The position numbers and the translations under genes were made by a program. The notes under the pieces are model-generated. The model was not told where the DNA came from, did no database searches, and worked only from the letters and a program-made list of their open reading frames with translations. 64,000 nucleotides of DNA, from NCBI GenBank assembly GCA_045636365.1, contig JAZTXG010000013.1, positions 105,912-169,911 on the forward strand, read 5' to 3'. This document shows, piece by piece, positions 56,734 through 64,000 of this stretch; the stretch's first letter is position 1; each line of letters opens with the position of its first letter. The stretch comes from Eubacteriales bacterium. Lineage in GTDB: Bacteria > Bacillota > Clostridia > Oscillospirales > QAKW01.

Positions 56734-58310
56734 ATTTTTTCCTTTCTTTTTCTGTACTTGTTAATGTTTTCTAATAATTCATATATTTCTATTCTGAATT
56801 TTTGGTAACGCATCGGATCGTCCATATAGCAATCGTTTTTGAATAAATATCGATCAATCAATCCATTCATGCGTTTAGGCGAATATCTTGAATGCAGTGT
56901 ATCCAAAAGGCGATTATCTTGAATTGCATATTTCAATTGTTTTAATCGAATGGATGGATATGCCTCTGATTCGCCGGGATATACCAATGATAGGCTGCCG
57001 TTAGGATATGAATCTTTCAAATCAGATGCGTTGAAACCCAAGTGGAAGAATCGAGCCAATTCATATCGATATCCAAAGGCGCCAAGGCATCTCAAACGCA
57101 CAGATGAAGATGCAATCGACGGGTTTATCGGATCTTTGGGGTTGGATATATCAAAGCAACCGTTTAAAATTGCAGACGGATCTTCGGCATATGCATAAAT
57201 ATCATGAAGGTGAACCATTGGCGAGCCGACCAGACCTTTTTTGAAAAATCGAAATTCCACATCATAGTCTGTGATTCTGTATTTTCGGACGTAATCGTAA
57301 AAGTGTGTCCGAAAGTCCTGATATGTTTTTTCGTTCCATACCTGCGGTGAGCAAGAAAAGTGAAAACTGAATATGTAGGAACGATATTTTTCCAAATGAA
57401 TCATAAGGCTACGTAAAAACCTTCGGATAAAAAACGCATAAGACTTAGATAAAACCGTTTCGTCTTCATATATGATTTGCTCTTCGCCATCAATCTGGAC
57501 GATAAACTGCGCGCCATACGGATGATCGAAGTCCGGAAGAAATACAGGAAATGTAAAACGAGATATGCCAGCATCTACCGCTGTTTTGATCCATCGATCC
57601 AAAAGATCAAAGTTACATTCGTAGTCCTCCCCCATCTTCTTGATGCTCACCAATTGAATCAACTTATCGGATGGATAGTTTGGATATTGAGGAGTAAAAA
57701 GCGGTACCAAAATTTCGTTGACGCCGTGGTCTGCGGCCAATTTGAAATATTGGTGCAATATTTTCCAAAACATATCGCCAAACATCGCCACACCGTGATC
57801 TTTAGCAATAAAAATTGGGTCGATATATTCGCAATGACCAAAGAATTGCGGTTTTTTATTTATTTGGACGACATTCAAATTCAACTCACAACTTGCCGAT
57901 TCATCCTTGGTTGAAATTTTTAAAACAGATTTGGTCTCGCCGATATTTTCTGTGGAAATCGAGACCCAGAGGACGATATAGTTGCAATTAATGAAAAAGA
58001 CATCGTCGGGAGTAATTGGAATCAAACAATCCGGCAATACATCAGGTTTATTAGTTAAATAGCCGCTCTTGGGGTCGTCTTCAAAATGCGGCCGGCTGAC
58101 ATTGACGTATTTTTCCAGATACACCTGATATTTTCCGTCGAATGATAATTCAAATTTGGCAGGAGTTCCTTGAGCATTGTCGTTATATACAACGACTTGA
58201 TACCCTAATTCTTCCCCTTGAGACAGATAATCGAAGGTGTACGGAACTTCGGGCTGAATTGTATCGGGCGTGATTTTGTTATACGAAGGGTGTTGAATTA
58301 AATGGATCAT
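56730..58310 (-). CDS. Cytoplasmic hypothetical protein, DUF4091-like (GH123-related fold?)
   Basis: 526 aa with no signal peptide. The overall pattern (N-terminal beta-rich region, then ...FWKILHQYFKLAADHGVNEILVPLF..., ...LDRWIKTAVDAGISRFTF...) reminds me of DUF4091 proteins. This assignment is from memory only. Confidence 0.45.
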   Translation of the reverse strand: MIHLIQHPSYNKITPDTIQPEVPYTFDYLSQGEELGYQVVVYNDNAQGTPAKFELSFDGKYQVYLEKYVNVSRPHFEDDPKSGYLTNKPDVLPDCLIPITPDDVFFINCNYIVLWVSISTENIGETKSVLKISTKDESASCELNLNVVQINKKPQFFGHCEYIDPIFIAKDHGVAMFGDMFWKILHQYFKLAADHGVNEILVPLFTPQYPNYPSDKLIQLVSIKKMGEDYECNFDLLDRWIKTAVDAGISRFTFPVFLPDFDHPYGAQFIVQIDGEEQIIYEDETVLSKSYAFFIRRFLRSLMIHLEKYRSYIFSFHFSCSPQVWNEKTYQDFRTHFYDYVRKYRITDYDVEFRFFKKGLVGSPMVHLHDIYAYAEDPSAILNGCFDISNPKDPINPSIASSSVRLRCLGAFGYRYELARFFHLGFNASDLKDSYPNGSLSLVYPGESEAYPSIRLKQLKYAIQDNRLLDTLHSRYSPKRMNGLIDRYLFKNDCYMDDPMRYQKFRIEIYELLENINKYRKRKEKI

Positions 58311-58313
58311 AAT

Positions 58314-59387
58314 TTAAGCCCAAAGACCTTTGCTTTTGAGAGAATTAATTGTTTGATTGTGTCCTTTAAGGGTCTCGTTAAAATAAAATTGGCCATTTTT
58401 ATCGGTTACAAAATAAAAATAATCGGTTTTTGATGGATTTAAGACAGCATTTAAAACATCGATGCCCGGGCAATTTGTCGGACCGACAGGCAGATCGCTG
58501 CAGGTATATGTGTCATAGGCAGCGCGCATATCCTTCGAGTAATGCGAAAGATTGGATAAGGATTTCGCATATTTCGTGGTAGGATCCGATTGAAGTCGGG
58601 GATAAATTTTTGAATTCAGTCGATTCCAAAAAACAGAGGAGACTCCGCTCATGGATTCTTTGCTGAATGCTTCTGCCTGAACAACGGAGCCAAAGGTGAT
58701 GAATTCATTGAGTGAAAGCCCCATTTTTTTGGCTTTTTCAATCATTTTAGGGGTGACATATTCCGAAAATGTTTGCAGCATTTTGGCTACAATTTCTTGC
58801 GGAGTAACAGTATCTGCGCGAAATTCATAGGTTGCCGGAAAAAGATAACCTTCTAATTTATATCCGATTTTACTTTGATCGCGCTTCTTTAATTCATCGA
58901 TAAAAGCAAAATCATAATCATAGCTGTCGGCAGCTTTTAAAAAATCGTCATATGAGCAAAGGCCGGACTTTGATACGATGGTAGCAATGTCACACACAGT
59001 TTTTCCTTCGGGGACGGTAAATTTAATGTAATTTAAAGCCTCGTCGGGGTGCATCAGCGCCTCGCATAATTGCTTATAAGACATATTGGCGTTTAGATGA
59101 TAAACACCGTTGTACCAAACAAAATCGGGATGGTTTTTATTAATATAATTAAGAAAACGAGCAGAAGAACAAATGATACCGTTATCATATAATTCTTTGA
59201 CAACTTCGTTTGCAAAATCGGTCTTTTCGATTTCTAAGACATAAGGCTTGTCTTGCTGCTTTTTTCCATGGAGATCATAATAATAAGGGAGGTATCCTTT
59301 GATCTTCGGGATCGCAATAATGGCACCGAGAACGATTGCAAGGATGGATAAAAAGATAATTCCAAGAATAATGACTTTCTTTTTCAT
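58314..59387 (-). CDS. mltG: Endolytic murein transglycosylase MltG (YceG-like)
   Basis: N-terminal TM anchor and YceG motifs (VVQAEA, VFWNRL, LQSDPTT, YDTY, LPVGPTNCPG, YFYFV). The start is set at ATG 59387 (GAGGTG upstream). Confidence 0.88.
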   Translation of the reverse strand: MKKKVIILGIIFLSILAIVLGAIIAIPKIKGYLPYYYDLHGKKQQDKPYVLEIEKTDFANEVVKELYDNGIICSSARFLNYINKNHPDFVWYNGVYHLNANMSYKQLCEALMHPDEALNYIKFTVPEGKTVCDIATIVSKSGLCSYDDFLKAADSYDYDFAFIDELKKRDQSKIGYKLEGYLFPATYEFRADTVTPQEIVAKMLQTFSEYVTPKMIEKAKKMGLSLNEFITFGSVVQAEAFSKESMSGVSSVFWNRLNSKIYPRLQSDPTTKYAKSLSNLSHYSKDMRAAYDTYTCSDLPVGPTNCPGIDVLNAVLNPSKTDYFYFVTDKNGQFYFNETLKGHNQTINSLKSKGLWA

Positions 59388-59452
59388 TGAACACCTCGAA
59401 TGTTTTTTATAAATTATATCAAAATATAAGTTGAAATACAATAGGTTTAATA

Positions 59453-59488
59453 ATAAAAAACAGCCACATTCACTGTGGCTGTTTTTTA
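59453..59488 (-). terminator. Terminator after the DUF624 gene
   Basis: Stem cagccaca/tgtggctg flanked by A6 and T6 runs. Confidence 0.6.
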
Positions 59489-59491
59489 AAA

Positions 59492-60223
59492 TCATTCGTT
59501 AAAACCTTCGTATTTTTCTTCTTCTAATCGTTCGCCGGTCTCGGGATCAAATCCGTCGATCATATGCTTTTTGATCAGAGGTTGAACCATAAAGTTGATC
59601 AAAAAACCGCTGAATGAGAAAAATATCAGTCCATATACAAGTAATTGATAAGGGATATTCAACAAAGAAACGGAGATAAAGACCGTCAATAAAATGATAG
59701 CGGTAAAAAGATTTCTGAAGAATCCGACCCAACAGAAAATAAATGCATTTTTAATCAGTTGCTTGAAAGTGAGGCGGAATGTTACCATCATATTATAGAT
59801 ATAAAAACGCATAAAAGACCAAACGGTAAAGGCGAGAAAAATTGCTGTCATACAAAGGATGGACATAACCTTGCTGGCGATGTTTCCGATGGCTAAAAAA
59901 TCAAAAATCAAAAATACGGTAACAATAAAATCGAGTGTAGCATAAAGGAATGCTTGCTTGAAATTTTTCTTGGCTGTCTCGATAAAATCGCCCCAAATGA
60001 AAGCGTGCTCTTCGCGCGCATAATTGCGCAATAATTTGGTCACTCCTGCGGTTGCAGGGCCGATTGTGACGATTGGAATGCAAGAAACAACATACAACAA
60101 ATTAATAAGAATCAGATTCCAAAATTTTCGGCCAAAAATTTGGAAAAACAAAATAAAGCGCGGGGTGTATTGATCTTTTTGGACACCTTTCCCTTCGCGC
60201 ATATAATCATTGAAAAGTCCCAT
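59492..60223 (-). CDS. YesL-family (DUF624) integral membrane protein
   Basis: N-terminus FFQIFGRKFWNLILINLLYVVSCIPIVTIGPATAG is typical of DUF624. The start is set at the ATG that gives MGLFND. Confidence 0.7.
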   Translation of the reverse strand: MGLFNDYMREGKGVQKDQYTPRFILFFQIFGRKFWNLILINLLYVVSCIPIVTIGPATAGVTKLLRNYAREEHAFIWGDFIETAKKNFKQAFLYATLDFIVTVFLIFDFLAIGNIASKVMSILCMTAIFLAFTVWSFMRFYIYNMMVTFRLTFKQLIKNAFIFCWVGFFRNLFTAIILLTVFISVSLLNIPYQLLVYGLIFFSFSGFLINFMVQPLIKKHMIDGFDPETGERLEEEKYEGFNE

Positions 60224-60225
60224 GG

Positions 60226-61128
60226 TTATTCGCCTACCTTTACAGCTCTGGGATGGCAATTTTCATAGGTCGAAAGATATTTTGCTTTGAGCAGTCTTGT
60301 ATAAACTCTTGTGGAATTCAACGAAGAGTGACCCATCATATCTTTCACCATATTGATATCTGCTCCGTTTTCAAGCAAATGCGTGGCAAAAGAGTGGCGC
60401 AATGTCTTTGGAGTGATATCTTTGGCAATATTTGCCGATGAAGTATATTGTTTTACAAGTTTCCAGAATCCTTGACGTGTCATGGCTTGTCCGTTGGTGT
60501 TGACAAAAAGTGTTTGTTCTTTATTGTTTTCAACCAACTGCGGTCTGGCTTGGTTCATATAATTTCTGAGCGACTGAACAGCTAATGCATAAATGGGGAT
60601 GATTCGTTCGTTATCTTCGTGCTTGTTCATCATTAAATATCCAACATCGAGATTGACATCGGATATTTTTAAAGAAAGCAACTCGGTGACGCGGATCCCT
60701 GAAGCGTATAAAACTTCCAACATCGCTTTATCTCTCATGCCTTTAACGGTCTGCGTATCAGGTTGCCACAAAAGCTGCTCCACTTCTTCGCCGGAAAGAA
60801 CTTCGGGCAATTTGGTTTCACTTTTCAGCCCTCTGATGCCCGCCATCGGGTTGGCAGATATGATTTTTTTGGAAACCAAGTATTTGAAAAAGCAACGCAT
60901 TGTGGACATCGAGCGAGAAATAGTGGCATCACTCTTGTTGCAGTTTTTCAAAAAAGAAAAATAGGTTTTCAATAGTTCGCCGGAAACTTCTTTCCAAGAA
61001 GAAATTTGCTTTGCCTCTAAATATTGGATCAATTGGCGCAAATCGCGCTGATAAGAAGCGAGAGTATTGGCAGATGTTTGCTTTTTGGTCATAAGAAAGT
61101 TGCAAAAATTCATATAAGTTTTTTCCAC
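60226..61128 (-). CDS. xerD: Tyrosine recombinase XerD
   Basis: ASYQRDL, YASGIRVTEL, LRHSFATHLLENGADINMVKDMMGHSSLNSTRVYT. 300 aa. Confidence 0.88.
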   Translation of the reverse strand: MEKTYMNFCNFLMTKKQTSANTLASYQRDLRQLIQYLEAKQISSWKEVSGELLKTYFSFLKNCNKSDATISRSMSTMRCFFKYLVSKKIISANPMAGIRGLKSETKLPEVLSGEEVEQLLWQPDTQTVKGMRDKAMLEVLYASGIRVTELLSLKISDVNLDVGYLMMNKHEDNERIIPIYALAVQSLRNYMNQARPQLVENNKEQTLFVNTNGQAMTRQGFWKLVKQYTSSANIAKDITPKTLRHSFATHLLENGADINMVKDMMGHSSLNSTRVYTRLLKAKYLSTYENCHPRAVKVGE

Positions 61129-61145
61129 CGCACTCCCCTCCTTTT

Positions 61146-61733
61146 CTAAAATAATTTAATGATAATCGGAGCGATCTTCCATTGTAAAAAACTTAAAAGT
61201 AATAAAATTGGTGTAATGATTAAAAAACGGTATGTATGGCTTAAAAATTCTTGATAAAGCGCTGAATGCTTTCCGCGCCCTTTCAATAATTCAAAAAAAG
61301 AAATAGATAGGCGGGCGGATGAAACGCAAATAAAATATCCCAAAATTAAAGAAAAAAGATTTTGAAAACCAAATGCCGGAACGCTTATAAAAAAGCCGCG
61401 CAACCCATTTGAGATAATGGCAATTGATAGAATTGCTCCGATGGAAAACCCCTTATATAGCGGAAAAAGCGGCAGAAACGGAAGCCCTATAATAGTCAGC
61501 CCCAATAAATACAGCAACAGAAAAAAGCAAAAATGTTGAAAAAATATTCCGCCATATTCTAAAGATTCAACGGTCAAAAAGACGGCTGAAGGAATGTTGG
61601 AAAGTTCGTCAAAAGACAGTATGACGCCGATGACGCCTATAAAAACCCCGATTAAATATAAAACAGCATAGATGCGAATTAACGGAATTTCATTGATGAA
61701 ATCATTTCTTATCTTCGACATTAAACGGCCCAT
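61146..61733 (-). CDS. spoIIM: Stage II sporulation protein M
   Basis: About 5 TM segments. GLTIIGLPFLPLFPLYKGFSIG parallels B. subtilis SpoIIM GISIIGLPAVLIMLFLKGVVVG. The position next to xerD fits. The start is set at ATG 61733 (GAGGTG 6 nt upstream). Confidence 0.75.
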   Translation of the reverse strand: MGRLMSKIRNDFINEIPLIRIYAVLYLIGVFIGVIGVILSFDELSNIPSAVFLTVESLEYGGIFFQHFCFFLLLYLLGLTIIGLPFLPLFPLYKGFSIGAILSIAIISNGLRGFFISVPAFGFQNLFSLILGYFICVSSARLSISFFELLKGRGKHSALYQEFLSHTYRFLIITPILLLLSFLQWKIAPIIIKLF

Positions 61734-61906
61734 TATAATCACCTCAATAAAAGGTATGAGGGTTTGTCCGCCATTATGCCAAAAAAATTATGTAAAGAAA
61801 TACGCCGCCGTATTTTGAGGGCAGCGTATTAATTCTAACTTAAAATCATACATAAATCAAGGAGAATTTATCACATTATAGATTTTTGTAAAACCTGACA
61901 AAAATA

Positions 61907-61941
61907 ATTATGTAAACCAACACCAAAAGATTATGTAAACC
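61907..61941. repeat. Tandem direct repeats of ATTATGTAAACC (two perfect copies 23 nt apart; a third 10-nt copy lies at 61787-61796)
   Basis: Read directly: 61907-61918 and 61930-61941 are identical 12-mers, each preceded by CAAAA-N2, and ATTATGTAAA recurs at 61787-61796. All are in the same orientation within a 338-bp non-coding region. Confidence 0.6.
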
Positions 61942-62080
61942 GCTACTTTGCGTGGAAATTAACACAAGATATAGGTGTTTTTTTACAACCGTCTCCAAAT
62001 ACAGTTGTTTTTAGGTTGTCAAGAACAAAATTAAAATTATCAAAGCAAAATCATTGATTTATGCAAAATGACAATTTCGT

Positions 62081-62479
62081 TTATTTTTTAAACAAACTAC
62101 CCAAGATCCCCCCTGCTAACGCAAATACGATTAAAAACAAAATGCCGATAAATCCATTCAATGTAAAATATCCGCCGAACTTCATTAATCCATTCCCGAT
62201 GATTTTGATTATGAATACCGTTCCAAACATTATTGCCGCAGCATATATCCCCTTTAATTTCGTTTGGACGGTCAGAAATGCCGTTGATGTTATCAATCCG
62301 ACCCCCGAGGCTATTACACTTCCAATCTTTAAAAAATCCTCCGACAGTTTGGTTTTCAGCACCAATAGTACCGTTAAACTGTCGATACCGAAAACAATCA
62401 GCGTATAGATTAAAATACTGATAAAAGAAAAAATCACAACGCCAAGCGCTGTGATTTTTTTAGTAGAATCTTTGTTCAT
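62081..62479 (-). CDS. Small integral membrane protein (4 TM; YrzE/TIGR04086-like?)
   Basis: 132-aa hydrophobic ORF with a Gly-rich final TM segment (ALAGGILGSLFKK). The family assignment is tentative. Confidence 0.5.
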   Translation of the reverse strand: MNKDSTKKITALGVVIFSFISILIYTLIVFGIDSLTVLLVLKTKLSEDFLKIGSVIASGVGLITSTAFLTVQTKLKGIYAAAIMFGTVFIIKIIGNGLMKFGGYFTLNGFIGILFLIVFALAGGILGSLFKK

Positions 62480-62539
62480 TTCAGCACCTCTTCATAGTTT
62501 TTATTAAAACATATGAAGTGATGAAACATTTTTATGCTA

Positions 62540-62815
62540 TTATTCTTCGATTTTTGCTGCGATTGCCCATCTTTTGAAGCGCAGCTTTGTCTTATCGGAA
62601 CCGGTTTCGATAACAACAGTTTCCAAATCCTTGGTAGAAACTACCTTTCCGACAATTCCGCATTCCATCAGAACTTGATCGCCAACCTCAAGGTTGTTTT
62701 GCATATTTTTGCGTTCTTGCTGGCGCTTTTTATCCTTTCTCGACATAAAAAAGGTAAAACCAACCATCACAACAAGGACCAAAATCATCGGCAACATTTG
62801 TACAATATCGTTCAT
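62540..62815 (-). CDS. yajC: Preprotein translocase subunit YajC
   Basis: A single TM segment, then R/K-rich QQERKNMQNNLEVGDQVLMECGIVGKV, the canonical YajC pattern. The position after tgt fits. Confidence 0.88.
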   Translation of the reverse strand: MNDIVQMLPMILVLVVMVGFTFFMSRKDKKRQQERKNMQNNLEVGDQVLMECGIVGKVVSTKDLETVVIETGSDKTKLRFKRWAIAAKIEE

Positions 62816-62846
62816 TATAAACTCTCCTTTAAATAATATTGTTTAA

Positions 62847-62875
62847 ACTATATCAAAAAACGAACTTATTGTCAA
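62847..62875 (-). promoter_or_regulatory. Sigma-A promoter in front of yajC
   Basis: On the minus strand: TTGACA, 17 nt, TATAGT. Confidence 0.45.
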
Positions 62876-62877
62876 CC

Positions 62878-64000
<1,123 letters not shown>

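Noticed and set aside
61751-61779. A sigma-E-like promoter match (GCATAAT-N14-CATACCTT, minus strand) upstream of spoIIM, with a GGACAAA SpoIIID-like word in the spacer.
   Set aside because: The predicted start site would fall inside the SD (61745-61740) of the best start codon, so the geometry is implausible. I kept it only as a note.
62061-62408. A 115-aa plus-strand ORF.
   Set aside because: It overlaps the minus-strand membrane-protein ORF, which has the more protein-like translation (4 regular TM segments) and a proper SD and start.

Overview
This 64 kb window looks like a core chromosomal segment from an endospore-forming member of the Bacillota, probably Clostridia, with roughly 40% GC judged by eye. 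About 62 protein genes are packed into long co-directional operons with frequent 1-20 nt gene overlaps. Most are conserved housekeeping genes in Bacillus-like order: uvrBA; yicC-remA-gmk-rpoZ-priA-def-fmt-rsmB-rlmN-prpC-prkC-rsgA-thiN; nusB-xseAB-ispA-dxs-tlyA-nadK-argR-recN; rplU-prp-rpmA-obg; and rpsF-ssb-rpsR. There is a three-gene tRNA cluster (Asp-Phe-Cys). Sporulation genes are scattered throughout: spoIVA, cwlJ-like plus gerQ-like, an intact sigK, ytvI, cwlD, spoIIE and spoIIM. I see no CRISPR array, transposase, prophage block, toxin-antitoxin pair or recognisable defence system, and no clear-cut novel system. The observations most worth a second look are: (1) a ClpP-family paralogue just upstream of spoIVA in which all three catalytic-triad positions appear substituted; (2) a 256-aa protein with 17 cysteines next to it, preceded by a sigma-K-like promoter match, which may be a spore coat or exosporium component. 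Both lie in a four-gene block that separates the comEB-type gene from comEC; (3) an aspartokinase made only of the kinase domain, preceded by a separate PheB-like ACT-domain gene and a leader that could sequester the Shine-Dalgarno sequence; (4) a 338-bp intergenic region upstream of spoIIM carrying three same-orientation copies of ATTATGTAAA. All functional calls come from by-eye motif recognition in the supplied ORF translations. No database search was run.
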